64,000 nucleotides of DNA from Anthoceros angustus (GCA_010909165.1 VJWM01000179.1:186001-250000); one strand, 5' to 3'; positions 33,500 through 46,641 are shown, counted from the stretch's first letter. Notes: a model not told the origin generated them from the letters alone. Program-made: numbers and translations.

Positions 33500-36400
33500 A
33501 CTGCACGACTTGGTAAGGTCCCATCCATCGAGGTGGAGTTTACCCGGAAGTGCATAGGCATGTCGTAAAGGGAGCGATCTCCTCCTTCACATACTCCCGA
33601 TTCCTAAGGCGCCTCATGCCATACCATGCTGATTCTGCACTGCTTGCATTGCGCCTCTTCCCGGTCCTCCGTATGCTGCACAAACCCTAGCAACCGCTCC
33701 AGTTGGCTCTCTTCATCCGTTAAGCGCCTTTCCATCATGACCGGAGTGTTGGCACCTCAAACTACCGCATAACGGTGAGTGCCCATAGGTCGATACGGAG
33801 TTCGCGGTTACCTTCTCTGCCGTTACGAGCGCCCGCGCGATGGCGCTTTGTATCGATCGTGCGCATAGTTAACCGTGCTTATTGAGGATGCGGCATAAGT
33901 CCATTGGTCTTCCACCCGCTCGGCCTGGATTGTAGGGGCTTTACGATGTGTGATGCCGAAATAGTCCGTCATTGCGCTTATCACATCATTGAGGAAATGG
34001 GTTCCCGATCGCTACAACAACGACACTTGTGTGATGATGTTTTCAGAGGAATTTGGCCACCGTGCTCGCAGAGTCCGCTCTAGTAGCGACTTCCACCCAC
34101 CGGTGCGAGTCCGCTGCCACCAAGATGTACCGCTTTTGTGTGCCTCGTCGCTATCGATAGGTCCAACGGGTCGATGCCCACTTCTCAAAAGGCGCTAATG
34201 CTAGTATGGGCACTAACGGCCATTGAGTTGTGGCCGGCTTCCGATCCGCCGACAAGCATCACACTTCTTCACGAATTGGTGTGTTTCCCCATACATGGTG
34301 GGCCACCAGTACCCAGCCTCCAAGATTTTCTTGGTGGTGACTCACCGCAATGTCCACCACCTAGTCCTTCGTGCATCCCTTTATTACCACCTCCTCCTGG
34401 AGGTACCTTCGCTCCACGCCATCCGGCCCTACCTTAAAGATGCAACTGCTATACAACCGAAAGGGCGAGCGAGTGCACAAAGGCTCGCCACTGGACCCGT
34501 TCAGTTGGTAGCTCCATCTCCCATAGGTACTGCTCCAACTCATAAGAGGGCCGCCCGGCCCGCCTCCTTCTCCGCCTGTGGGTCCGCCCCCAGCTTAGGG
34601 TTTGTCCGGCTGTGCTCCTCTGCTTCCTCCTCTATCGCTGCCACCAATTCCTCATCCGGAAGGCGTCCTCGATCCGCAGAGGCCCGCTTTAACTGGACAA
34701 GAAGTCGCTTTGGTGTTGCTTCCTTGCCTAGTCTCCACCTCAAATGTGAACTCCTGTAGCAGAATCCACCTCGCAATCCGTCCGACAAGTCTCGCCTTGT
34801 ACCAAATGCTTGAGCGAAGTGATCAACATAGAACACAAACTCATTGGGCGTAAGGTAGTGTGAATTTTTAACGGCGATACCATTCCCAATGCCTCTCGCC
34901 TCCGTAGTAGTGTACCTGCTGCGGCGTGAGCCGCCTTCCCGTAGTAGATTGGGTGATCCTCCGCTTATCATCTTTTGATCGAGCACTACCCCGATGGCGG
35001 CCGACATCCACATACACATGGAATCGCTTCCCCCCGTCCTTTGATACTCACCGAGTGGTCTGAGGTCTCGAATGCCGCCTCCCTCTCGCGCCCAGTCCAT
35101 TCCTCCTCCTTCCCGAGTAGCTCATAGCTCGAGGCCCGCTTTGCAAAATCTTGGATGAAACGCCTATAGTAACCCACCATGCCTGTGAACTCGTAACTCC
35201 TTCAAGTTCGCGGGTCAGGATGGATGACTTTCACCTTGTCTTGGTCCACCTCTATCCCTCTTGCCACACGGCCCCAACAAGATTCCTCTCACATAAGTAG
35301 CATTTCTCGGGATGCAGCTTGAGTCTCCTACATCGCTCCAAACACTTCCGCAATGTCCACGTGTTTGTCCTCCTCCGTGCACAGTAAGTCGCCCAAGAAC
35401 ACCTCCATGAAGTCCTCAGAATTTAAGACATTGGTCACCATCCGCATAAATGATCCGGTGCTCATCCCCAAGGCACTGTTTGTAGGCAAAACGTCCCCAC
35501 TCCGTGGTGAATGTTGTCTTATCCCCGACTCCCTTAGGTGTAACTGGTTGTAGCCGAGTAGTCCCAAGAAGGAGTAGGTACTCCGCCGCCACCTTGTCCA
35601 AGATGTCGTCCACAAAGGGCATGGGAAATGGTCCTTCCGTGGCGTTAAGCTTTCTCCCCCGACAGACCCGCCGCTCGCTTCTTCGGCACGACCACAATGG
35701 GCGCCACCCACTCACTGCTCACGATTGGGAAGATGATGTCCGCCGTGATACTTATCCAGACTTCCTTGACCTTGAGCGAGTGCTTGGGATTCACACCGCC
35801 TAATCCGAACAGCACCGCCTCCTTCAGATCTATCCTGTTCGCCTCGCTTTGGAATGCCTTCATGTCCGACCTTGAAAGCAACACCTCAATTCCCCAACAA
35901 TCGTGAGGTCTTGTTTAACTCGATGGCATACCTTGCGGAATTTTAGGAATTTCGGCGAACCTCCACATCTTCCACATCGCCGGATTGACCGCCTCTTTCC
36001 TCGCCGCCACTCACGCCTGCCATCATCCTCCACCCGGTTCATCTTCACGCATTCCCCATTCTCGGAAGAGTTCGTCCGAGGTGAACGGTTACTTCTTCGG
36101 GGTCCTCCTCATCCGGGATTCCGCTTTTGTTGCCCTCCGCGACTTCCACTTGAAGCAATCACCACCGCTCCAAAGGTGTCCCTCGATAGTCCATTTTCTT
36201 CTTCGACCACGAGATTTTGGGAAAGGGTAGTCCTCATTCGTATCCTCGCTCATCGCCACTGCCTTCTTGGAGGTGTACCCTGCAGGCCGACGGTTTCACC
36301 ACAGATGTGTCCTTACCTGTAATCCACCGTCCTTCCCTCACCTTCGGATCCCACCGCTTGAAGTGTATTTCCTTCCGTCCAAGTGTAGTTTTGTCTCGAG

Positions 36401-38330
36401 CGAGGCCTGCCCAAGGCCGCCTAACAGACCTCATACCCTGAGGTCCGCGGGTCCGGACGACAAAATCTAATGTATAGGGGCTCATGGTGGCTTGGACTCG
36501 GACAACTCAAGGCGCTGGCCACGACATGTCCGCCATCCCGAGGGTTTTGGTGGATGGCTCAAGGTGGTGAACCCCACTGCCTCGTGGCCTCTTGATGAGG
36601 TTCACTCGACCCGTGTCTAGAGGCACGCTTTTAATTACACACCCGCAATTCCACCGCACCATGGGCGCCTGTGGTCCGTATGAGATACTACCTTACCTCC
36701 ACGTTCTTGCCCTTCCACCAAGGAGTTCCATGCTTTCCTCGATGGCCTTCCGGACTTCGCCGATACTGGGTTGTCTTTAACAACCGCCTAAGGGACACCA
36801 AGTGTTGTTGGTCCATCATCAAGTCGGCCACCTTGAAAGGGCCGGGTGGTTCTCCCCGTCGGCCACGCCTCCCTGACCCTTCCAGCTTTGCCACCGCCTC
36901 TGGTGGTCGGACCACTGGTCCCGCTGGAGTTCTTCTCAAGCATCTCTGGCTACTTTGCCACATCCGGTTCGCGGCCGGTTCAGGGTGAGTCCGCTTCCGA
37001 CTTCCTCTTTTGTTCTCTTCCGCTCCTTCGGTTCGGCCAGTGTGTTCCGCCTCCTCCTCCTGACCCGCCTCAGGCGCTTCAATGTAGGGCGCCCTTAGGA
37101 GGGGAGGCGAGGTGGTCGGCCCCGCCGTGGCGTAGCGCACCGTCCCGAGCGAGGGTTCACGGTACCGCCGCCATGTGCCCCGCCTCGCTAATCTCCACAC
37201 AGCGCTCAAAGTCCCCGCTTGCCTTGCCGAGTGGGGTATGGGCACGCATTGGAGTAGTGCCCGGGTTCCAGCCCAGCACCACCGCCGCCGAGAATTCGGA
37301 GGCTCCCATGCGGTCGATCGAGGTCGGCGGATGCAACCAACAGTGGGGGTACATCGCCCGGGATACCGTGGTCCCGGCTTGCACTTGGTATGCATCCTCC
37401 CACTGCTCCTGGACTCTTCCCGTAGTCATACTCCACCGGTTCACGGGTCCGGAGGCGCTTCGAATGCCCATGTTGGTGACACACCGCACACCACAAATGA
37501 GTACGGTGGCCACCCACGCGCTCTTATCCTTCACCGGTTGATCGTCAACTCTTCCACCTCTTCATTACCCGCTTCTAGATCTTCCTCACCCGCTACTTCC
37601 TTCAAAGGAGCGTGGGACCTCTGCATGGCAAGTGCATCATGACCTCCTTCTTTTCCACCCTCCGCCTGACTACGGGCTTCTTCTTCTTTATTTTTCGGCG
37701 GGGGTCTTCTTCTTCCAGGACCTCCTCGGATTCTTCTTCTGAGTCCTCTTCCTCTTCCTCCGACGCCTCGGTCTCATCATCCTCTTCGTCCGAGGGTTCT
37801 TCATCTTCCGAGTCCGACCCCCGCTTCTTCTTCTTTCCTCCTGGAGGAGTCCTCGCCGTCGTTGGTGCATCGATTCTTCATAGTTCTCCGCCCGACCGCC
37901 TTGCTCACATCTTCTTCGCCAACAAAGACGTGCTTAGCCATTGGCTTGGATAAGCCAGAACCAACGCATCACCGCATGGTAGTGTGAGTGGGGTGCCGGT
38001 CCCGCAGCGTAGAACCGCTCGACACGATCCCAACTTCCGCCTTTCCTCGCCTGTGTTCTCGAGTTTGGACAAGACGTAGTTTCTTGATCGATTCCATGGA
38101 ATCTTTCTAAGAAGGCATCCTTCAATGCTCAAGGTGCGATTCCCAGATTCGACACTCAGCCTGCGCAGACCCTTGGAATCAATGAGCCGCATCCGAACCT
38201 TCTCCGCTGAAGTTTGCCCGCGACAAAATCCTCCACGAAGGTTTCGCTCCTCTCTTACCTCCAAAGAGAGAATACGCTTGCTTGGTCGACGTTGTTGCCA
38301 TCGCCGCGATCGGTAAGGGATGAGGAACCG
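33500..38330 (-). pseudogene. gag-pol of the nested Gypsy element (heavily frameshifted)
   Basis: RT: SEWVAPIVVVPKK, RKDHFP, DKTTFTTEWG, FMEVF, GMVGYYRRFIQDFA. RNase H: HYLTPNEFVFYVDH. Integrase zinc-finger region: YWWPTMY..THQFVKKCDAC..PFEKW. An acidic gag linker lies at ~37700-37830. The order PR-RT-RH-IN indicates Ty3/Gypsy. Confidence 0.9.
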
Positions 38331-38515
38331 CCTTACCACCGCCTCGACGGGCCCTCCTCTCGATCCGACAACCCACCACGCCACTTTGGTGTCTCGCCGA
38401 GCTCGCCGTCTCACGCCACGGCTCGAGCGCCGGGCGGGCCACAACGTCCGACTCTCGAATTCCCCTTAACTACCTCACGCCCCTCCACGCATCCACGCTT
38501 GCTACGGAACGATTT

Positions 38516-38533
38516 CATTCCCGGCAACGCCAA
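38516..38533 (-). promoter_or_regulatory. Primer-binding site complementary to the tRNA-Asp 3' end
   Basis: After the LTR end the minus strand reads CA-TTTTGGCGTTGCCGGGA. This is a slightly deleted form of TGGCGCCGTTGCCGGGGA. Confidence 0.8.
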
Positions 38534-38535
38534 AA

Positions 38536-41500
38536 TGTGGCGCGACTTTCCGACGGCCAGCCACAATCCTCGGTCGTAGGAAGGAGTCCGCTCCCAAGGG
38601 AATGATCCCGTTGCGCTGTTTCGTGCGATTCGCCTTACTTTGCGCTCACCCCAACGCACACATTAGTTCACGCTAACTACTCGCAAACACCGACAGCCGG
38701 TATGGCTAAACGCGTTAAGGACCTGTCACGTCCGTTCGCTCTCGCCTCTCACACCTCTCGTCCACCTCCTCTCCACTCACACATTTATCGCCTTAGAAAG
38801 ACGCTGGGTTACACAGCCGACCTCCTCCGCTCCACTGCCTCCGTCCGGCTCAGACGCCTCGAGTCCTCCGGCTCACACGCTCGTCCGGCTGCTGGGCTGC
38901 CTCGACGAGCACGGTCCCCATCACCCTTCCCCGCACACACCACAACACGTTAGGTCCGCTACCAGACCGATCGATCCTCCGAGTCGCCGTGCGCTGACTC
39001 AGACTCACGTTAGCAAGAAGACACAAAGGTCTGCAAGAACGCATCAACACCAAGAGAAAGATGATTTATCTGAGCCCTCTTATACTACGCAGTCGGCGCC
39101 TTTATTACACCCCTATTCCGAAATGACGGCCACCAAGATGCCTAATCGGCCGCCTACCATCCTATTTCCCCTATCTCCTTCACCGGCTGGAATGGAAGGT
39201 CCGTTGGGATTGGTGGTCCAATCCCGACAATACACCCAATCGGATGATCCGCGAGGCGGACCTCCTCTCCGAATCGTCAGTTACACGGCGGCCCGACGAC
39301 CGCTACCACAACGTCATCCTCCCCTCGGCCTCCTGGGTCCTCCGGGCCACCGGCATCGCTCCCTAGCGAAGTCGGCTCCTCCTATCGCCGAGTCCTCGAG
39401 GTCCGGTCTCGACCCGAGCCCGAACTCAAGGGTCCGTTATTTCCGAGTCCGACCTCCGGGTCCGGCCTGCTCTCGGGGTTCGGACCTCGTGGTCCTATTA
39501 CCGGGGTCCGATCCCCAAGCTCCGACCTTCCTGTGGACCTCGACCGCTAGGTCCTCCTCCTTACCCCCCGACCCTTGTCTTGGTGGTCCTTGCACCTCAG
39601 GCCCTCACCCCCTTCCGGATCGGTGGTGGTGAACTTACCTGGGGTCCGCTGCCCGCCTCTTGGGGCTCCTCTCACGCCGTCGTCTCCAAACAGGCCCCTA
39701 GGGTCTCGTTGCCCCTTCCCTCCGAGCCTTCCAGGTCCGTCCTGCGGCCGAGAGGCCTCCTCGGGAGCTCGGTGGTAATAGGCAAAGTCCGAATCCACTT
39801 GCCGGATTGCCTCTTCCACGTGCCCGGCACTCTCCTTCGCCATGCCCGGGAGTCCTGCCGCTTGTTGCTCCACCTCCCCGCCAGTTTGATAGCCGGAGCC
39901 GGCGCTCGCGAGGTCGCCAGGCCGCTCACCTCCCGCCGCTGTTGCTCCACTTGCTCCAACTCCTCCGCCTGCTCCGCCAGCCTTGCCCGCCATAGCGCAG
40001 CTCTTCCTCAGACCCGAGCTTCTTGTCCGCCCGCCGCCTCTTGTCCATTCCGTAACTCCGCCATCTCCCGCCTCACGGCCGGGCAACTGCAATCGCGGCT
40101 TCACCCAGCCTTCTCCATCTCGGCGACGCCCGCCTCCCCTGCTCCATCGCCATCGACTCGCCAACAGAGCCGAGCTTTATTTCCGCTCGCGACCATGTCC
40201 TGCAGACTACCATTCCTCTCAATGATAGTTTGAGCTAGCCCAAAGTCTCCTTGCGTCCTCCATCTCCGCCGCGCTCCACCTCCCGAGCCGAGTCCGAGAT
40301 CCCATCTCCTCCGCGAACTTCTTGGCCTGGCTGGTCCGCTTGCTCCGCCACCTCGCCTCCATCTTCGTGCAGCCGGAGGCGCTATCCCGCCAAGTCTTGG
40401 ATTCTCCATTGAGAACCTTGCGCCCGACGCTGCCTTGGAGTTGTAACTCCAAGGTGTCCTGCCCTCCAACTCCCCGCCGCCTCCTTCTACCTCCTGCACC
40501 CGAGGTCCCGATTTCCGGTGGGCCTCTCAGCCGCGGCTCGTCTGCTTGCTCAGCCACCGCTCGGCCTTCGATTGGCGTGGCTCTCACCGCCTCCTCCACC
40601 GGCCCGATCACGCCGATAGTGATCGCGATCCCGCTGCGTGGCCTCCGCCTTGGCCACCTTCACCGAGCCTCTCCAGGCTCGTCCAGGCCGCCTCGCGATC
40701 CCGCCTGCTTGCCGGGCCCCGCCTGGCTACGCCCGCCTGCAGAGGTCCTCCGCCTGCGCTGGGCCTCCTTGGTCGCTCACTGCCTCCACTGAAGGAATTT
40801 GGTCCGGCCCCGGATGGACCAGACCTCCTCCTCGCCTCCTCAATCCGCCGAGAGCTTGGCCTTCCTTCGCCTCCTGGCCCTCCAACCGCCTCCGGAGGAG
40901 TACCATGCGCCCGGTGGCTTCTACCTCCGGGTCTTCTCGGCCATCCCGCAGACCCTGCATACCGTCCATGACGGTAGCTGTGACCCTGTTTCTTCCACGG
41001 CCGTGAGGCTCCCACAAAGTCCGTAGCGGGAGCCGGGATCTCACGGTCCGCCAAGGACCTCCATACAGTCCGAGTAAGTCCGACTGGGTTCTCCGACCAA
41101 TCAGACCCTTAGGTCCCGAAGCCCGAGCTTCCCCTCCTTGGCCCTTTTGGTCATGAGCTCCTTCTCCGCCTTTTTCCCGGGGCTCGAGGAGGTGAGGGAG
41201 TCCGGAGCAAGCCTTTGCCCCTTCCGCCGGGCGACAGACTGCCCGGTGCGGCCGCTGTCCTCCGCCTCGCGCCTTTCTCGCCTCCCATCCTCCGCTTGCC
41301 ACTCCTGGGGGGAAGGGGCACTGCACCGACCGGTGCCACAGCCGTGGTCTTGCCCCTTCGGCTCCCTCCTGTCCGGGCGGCCTCACCGAGGCCGTGGCGG
41401 CCGGGCTGGGGCCGCCTCACTGGATCGGCGTTGGGGCACAGGAGGAGGAGGAATTTCTTCCCATACTTCGGGTGGTGAGGGGTCCGCCTGCACGTATGGA

Positions 41501-42845
41501 GTCCGGAATCCTCCCCGCCTCCTCCCGAGTCCGTTTGGCTTCGACGATCGGCCTCCTCCTCCGCCTTGCGCCTCCACTTCCGAGGCCTCCCTTTCCCGAG
41601 CGCCAAGCTCTCCTTCCTTGAGGAGTCAAATGCCCCATACATGGATCGTGTATGGGGATGCCCAGATGGCAAGGCTTCTCCCCGAGCTATGAGCCTCGCT
41701 AAACCGGCAAGATAATCCTTCCTCCCCGCCTTCTTCCCCGCAGCACATGCGTGAATACTATCAGATTATCACCAAGGTGATCCACCTTGGTGAGTAGGTT
41801 CCAGATAATGATCCGGCCACCGCCTTACTCGACCGCCCAACAGTGGATATCGCCCAACCGCTGGTGGTCCGCGGCCCTGTGCCTCAGATCGCTGCCGGGC
41901 CCCCTATCTTCCTTCGCCTTGAGGGGCTCACCACCCCTCTTCCTCCTTGGGCGGTTGCCGAGACCTCCAAGGTCCATCGCTTGGTCCTCCCGAGGTTCTT
42001 GACCGCACCTCCTTATTGACCGCCAAGATCTTCCGGCGAACTCCCGACCAGAGTGACACACAAATGTCCGCACTATCCGAACACATCCAAATGCCACCCC
42101 GCACTAATTCTCCCGCCTCGGAGCTGCCCAAAGTCCGGATATAGCGCCGTCACAATGTTGCGCCCACAAGGTTCCATGGCTCCCAAACTTCCGCAGTTTT
42201 TGGGTGCCATCGCCTCCTTGGTTGCCGAGCCGCTTGTGAGACCGGCACGCTGCGCCTTCTTCGCCGCTGTCACGCCTCCGACCTCAACGTGAGCCGCGCC
42301 AAGACGCCCGAGTGTCCCACGAGATACCGCCAGAGAGCCGGATCATGAGCGCAAGAGATCGCGAGAATTGTCTCGAGGTCAGCGAAATGACCTTCCCTTC
42401 GCCGCCCGGAGTAACTGGGCGGGAGGGCGCCTCGTCAGAATCGCTGAGGTCCGCATGGCTTATTCGACCTTACGCCCGCTTACTCGCCTTACGCCGCCAG
42501 ACTGTTTGCCGCCGCAGCCCGCGCGTGAATACCGCGGCCTCGGCCTGCCCACCGATGCCTGCTTCTCCACCCGAGTTGCCCACGTGGCGCCGCCGGGTCC
42601 GCTCCTCAACTCCGAGTCCCTTGGCGACTTATCCCGCCTCGGGGTCCCGGAGTGGGTCCGGACTTATCCTCACCGTGGCGCCTACCATAGTAGGTCCGCA
42701 CGCCCCTCACTCCCGAGTCCGAGTACTCGGAGTGCCGTCCGAGTGCTATCCATGCTTATTTCCGCCTCATTTTATCCTTCACTCCTACAAAAAACAAAAC
42801 CCTACCTATTTTCTAACCTCAAGGGAAGTCCTCAGCTACAGTCCA
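38536..42845 (-). repeat. 5' LTR (~4.3 kb) of the nested element
   Basis: Colinear copy of 28005-33385, ending ...CCTACAAAAAACAAAACCCTACC...GGAAGTCC...AGTCCA. Confidence 0.88.
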
Positions 42846-42859
42846 ACCCTATGTCTTTG

Positions 42860-44240
42860 TAAGGAAACATGGCATCTCCGTTTGTGCCATCGCTCACAAG
42901 AATCGGCATGGGTTTCTCCACATCGCCCACTCTGACTTTGATGTTGCTCCCACAGCTGTTCTCTGCTGGCAATGGCTCAACGACTTTGGCATCTTGGCAT
43001 AGGTTCGGGAAGAGGATCCCAAGCTTCCTTCCGTGTCTTCCGTGACCGGTGTCAAGACATCCTCTTCTTCCTCCGAGCTATCTTCTCTCGTAGCTGCCAG
43101 AGGTTTCTTCCCTTGCCCTTGATCCGTCACCGCCATGTATCCAAGCTTGTGCTCATCTTCTTCGTCCTCCGATGATGAACCGCCTCCTTGATCTTCGCCT
43201 TCCGCACCAACTTCTCAGCTTTGCAAGGCGTGCCACGTAGCCCATCGCCTTCTTTGATGCTTCCCGCTTTTGTCCACGGACTTCGCCTGCCTCCACGGCC
43301 TTTGCTCTTCACGATTTTGTGGATGAGGTTGATGCATTGGCCGGGTTGCCGCTCGACAACCCGTGAGGCCGCAATTCGGATGCTTCTCCCAACATGCCGC
43401 TTCATTGTGCCTGTACCTCCCACACCTGGGGCATGGCCTCACCCTTGACTCCTCCGAATGCATGCTCGCACTCATGAGGGGAATGGTCCGCCCCACCTCA
43501 CGCAGGGCTCCACTTGGGCTGTGGGCTGGCTTGTCTCGCCGAGCTCCTCCACTGACCTCCGCTTGGCCATGTCGCCCACCACTCCTACTTGTGCCGGAGT
43601 AATCACTAACAAAGACGAGAGAAAGTGTCGGGCCCTATCTTGTCACCCATCTCGTACACTTCCTTGAGGGTGTAGTGTTGCCCCTTCGTGCACCGCTTGT
43701 TGCACCTTCATGCGCAGCATATGGCAATGCCTCGCAAGTATGCAGCCAGGGTCACTCATGATCTTGGTGTCACGTACCAACTGGTCGATTCTTCGATAAG
43801 CCATCTTCGCAGCCTCTCGACTTCATCTTGAAGTGTGTCACCGAGATCTTCTCATCCGTGCTGTGGAAACTCACCGGAAGATGTCAAACATCTCTTCGAT
43901 GGGATCGTGCCCACTCGCCACCGCCTCCGTCTGCACCGGGTTCCTTCGAGCTTGAACTGCTACTCACCGGTCCTCCACGCCAACAGCCGCCAGGTGCTCG
44001 CGATAGCACGCCAATGCTTCATCCCCAAGTACTTCGGCATTTGGATGAAGCCGTATCGCTCGTGTATCCGGTCTTCAATTCCATCTCCGCACACACCGCA
44101 CTGCATTTCTCGATGAAGTCCTCCATGGCAAGGTGCCCGCCTGTGAACAACTCCATTCGATCCTTGTCTCCTCCCATCTTGACGACTCCAAGAGACAAGT
44201 CCTCCTGCCGCTCACCGAGTTGTCCCGGCAAAGACTAACG
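42860..44240 (-). pseudogene. gag of the outer DNMT-Gypsy element
   Basis: MELFTGG..MEDFIEKCSAVC gag-like N-terminus, and a CX2CX4HX4C knuckle CPRCGRYRHNEAAC at 43392-43433. The region is frameshifted. Confidence 0.8.
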
Positions 44241-44704
44241 TGTCTTGTGTGTGTTGCCACCATGCATCCTTCAAAGATTGCTACTTGGTCGGCCCCTCCG
44301 TCCTTTCGAGTGTGTCCAGCATGCACTTGTTCAAACCCTTAATCAAGGTTAACACACCCGCTATCTTAGATCGTGATTAGTGAAACCTCTAAGTATCTAT
44401 GCATGTTAAAATCGCATAAAATACTGCAGGCTACTTGATCAAAAATGTGAGCTGGGTGAGTTGGATAGCAAAGGCATAGAACTCAGAGTTAAGCACCGTG
44501 GGGTGGATCAAGACTGGATGGGGTGCCAACAACTAGGAGTTTTGGACAGAAAGTGAAATCAAATGGACTGATGACATACCCATGTTCATCCGCTTCCCTT
44601 ATCCCTTGAATCCGGGGCCCAAGAGTAAAATACTTTTGTTTCTCCCTTGGTTGGTTGGCCTTAAAGGCCAGCCCCTTGTGGAGGCCTCATTCCTCTCCTT
44701 GGTA

Positions 44705-44985
44705 TGGGCTTCTTCCTCCTCCTTGGCCTTGACTTGGGCTTCGCCTCCTTGGCCTTGGACTTGGGCTTCTTCGCCTCCTCCTTGGCCTTGACTTGGGCTC
44801 TTCTCGCCTCCTCCTTGGCCTTGACTTGGGCTCCTGGCCTCGCCTTGGGCAAGAGTCCCTTGCCTAGCACGCCTAGGCCTCGCTAGCATCGCCAGCACGC
44901 CTAGCCCCCCAGCACGCCCAGCACGCCAGCATCACCCAGCCTAGCATCAGCAAGCCCAGCATCACACTAAGCCTAGCACGCCTAT
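44705..44985. repeat. Short tandem repeats in the element leader: CCTCCTTGGCCTTGACTTGGGCT units (EAQVKAKEE on the minus strand) and CCTAGCACG/CCAGCA units
   Basis: Directly visible tandem units at 44705-44850 and 44860-44985. Confidence 0.85.
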
Positions 44986-44998
44986 CTAGTCACACACG

Positions 44999-45009
44999 AG
45001 ATCATAGCT
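44999..45009 (-). promoter_or_regulatory. Putative self-priming PBS (AGCTATGATCT)
   Basis: It abuts the CA end of the 5' LTR and is complementary to (A/G)GATCATAGCT inside the LTR, about 33 nt downstream of the TATA box. Confidence 0.7.
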
Positions 45010-45464
45010 TGTAACAACAGGAGGGAGTAGCTCGCACGTGGCACAAACACACCTCCCACGAGAACAACACGCAAATTCCTCACACATCGCCTCCTGAGTC
45101 ATTTTGGCCTCCTCACAACGCCTTGATCAGATATCTAGAGGACAAGCTATGATCCGAGCTTGTCCTCAATGGAAGGGTCTATATATACTAGACTGGCATC
45201 TAAGATATTCCTAAGATATCCCATTGGCATCAAAGTATATGCTAAATATCCTAAGAATACACTATAATATGCAAGAATATGCCAGCATATTACTTGAGCT
45301 TATCCACTTAGCTATTGCTAACCATGTTTAATTAACACTAATCAATGCTTAATTAATAAGCACTTAGATTAATTAATTACTCACTTAAAGATAAGTAATT
45401 AGATTAATTAATGCTAATCAAACACTAAACCCAAGTGCAAAGATTAGTATCACACGGCATGACA
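45010..45464 (-). repeat. 5' LTR of the DNMT-Gypsy element
   Basis: TGTAAC...ATGACA, homologous to 25714-26205. The TATA-like run is at ~45180 and the hairpin at 45138-45167. Confidence 0.9.
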
Positions 45465-45949
45465 CCCCCCTCGCCCCAACCACCTCATCCAGAGGGACCT
45501 CAAATTACAATACCTTCGTCTCACTTGGTCCCCTCTCTCGTCTACTCCTTCTCTCAAAGCCCATAATCTATTTTTAGGAGGAGGAGTTTCATGTCAATCC
45601 TTCCGAAGGGTTCCCTGCACCTCCACGCTATCCTAGTTCTCCTCTCTTCTTCAAATTCCGTACACTCATTAGTCAATTCTGTACAATCATTATTCAATTC
45701 CGTATTAGCTCCCATTACCTTGGGCTCAAGACCAATCGTTGGCTTAAGCCTGCATCTCCTTAGAAAGAATGTATTTGCAAGCTCTTGTCCTTGGACCTTG
45801 AATCTGAAACGCATTTCCTCTTCTATTGCCCTGCCTATGCTGACATTCGGGCTCGATACTCTTTTTTTTTAGTGCATACTGGTTTTTCCTTGTGCACATT
45901 CTTCTCTTTTCATATCTCTAAGCTCTGATCTTTGGGGCTATATACAGAC

Positions 45950-46641
45950 AATATAAGCACGAGCATTTTTACTAATCAGTTGCGACTAAGTGCTAGACAA
46001 GGTAGATGGCAAGACTTTCTAGCAATGTATGATGAATTTATCAAGTGTAAGCCATGAAAGGAGAATTTTGCGGCAGATGCTTTGAGTCACAAGGAGTGTT
46101 TGAGTTTCATTATTGCTTTTATGTTGAAGAGATATAAGCTACCTAGAATACATATGGTGATTGAGTCAAGGGATACCCAGACGCCAATCAAGGAAGCTTA
46201 TCTACAAGATGCATTGGTACAAAACTGCATCACTGAAGTGGAGCAATCGAAATCTAAGTTTAAGCTTAGGGATGGCTTGTTGATATTCAAGCAAAGCACG
46301 ATTGTGATTCCTGATTCTCAAGAGTTGAGAAGAAAGTTGCATGCAAAGTGTCATGATGTGCCAAGTGCAGGCTAGGTCATCGAGGAATTGACCCAACTTA
46401 TGAGAAGTTGAGAAAGCTGTTTTACTAGCTTGGAATGTATAAGAATAATGTAGAGTATGTTAAGTCTTGTGTAGACTGCCAGCAGGATAACATAGACCAA
46501 ACAAATTCGCAAGGTTTGTTACAACCTTTGCCTATTCCAAGTGAGCCTCGGAAAAGTATATCAATGGATCTCATTATGCCATTGCCAGCTAGTGATGTAC
46601 ACACAACTATCATGAAAGTGGTTGATAAATTCAGCAAGCAA
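45950..46641 (+). pseudogene. Ty3/Gypsy RNase H-integrase fragment, cut by a CACTA insertion
   Basis: LSARQGRWQDFL, ADALS, the integrase zinc finger CHDVPSAG...YVKSCVDCQQ, and LLQPLPIPSEP..ISMD..MPLP..VVDKFSK. Stops are present. Confidence 0.88.

Larger units (their letters stand above)
28005..42845 (-). mobile_element. Nested Ty3/Gypsy retrotransposon (tRNA-Asp PBS, Athila/Tat-like non-chromovirus) with very long LTRs
   Basis: Direct repeats 28005-33385 and 38536-~42845 both start TGTGGCGCGACTTT. The PPT is at 33386-33398 and the PBS at ~38516-38533. Internal gag-PR-RT-RH-IN remnants lie on the minus strand. No clean TSD is visible. Confidence 0.9.
25619..45464 (-). mobile_element. Ty3/Gypsy LTR retrotransposon encoding a C5 cytosine DNA methyltransferase (gag - protease - DNMT - start of RT); defective, with a nested insertion at 28005-~42845
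   Basis: Termini are TGTC(25619)...GACA(45464), with C6 runs on both sides (candidate TSD). Homologous LTRs lie at 25619-26205 and 45010-45464. A gag CCHC knuckle, a degenerate protease, DNMT motifs and the pre-RT region occur in order on the minus strand. Confidence 0.85.

Noticed and set aside
45465-45478. CCCCCCTCGCCCC read as a polypurine tract, which would make 45010-45464 a 3' LTR of another element
   Set aside because: The C-run is mirrored at 25613-25618 (TSD-like), gag lies on the other side, and the nearby integrase fragment is on the opposite strand.
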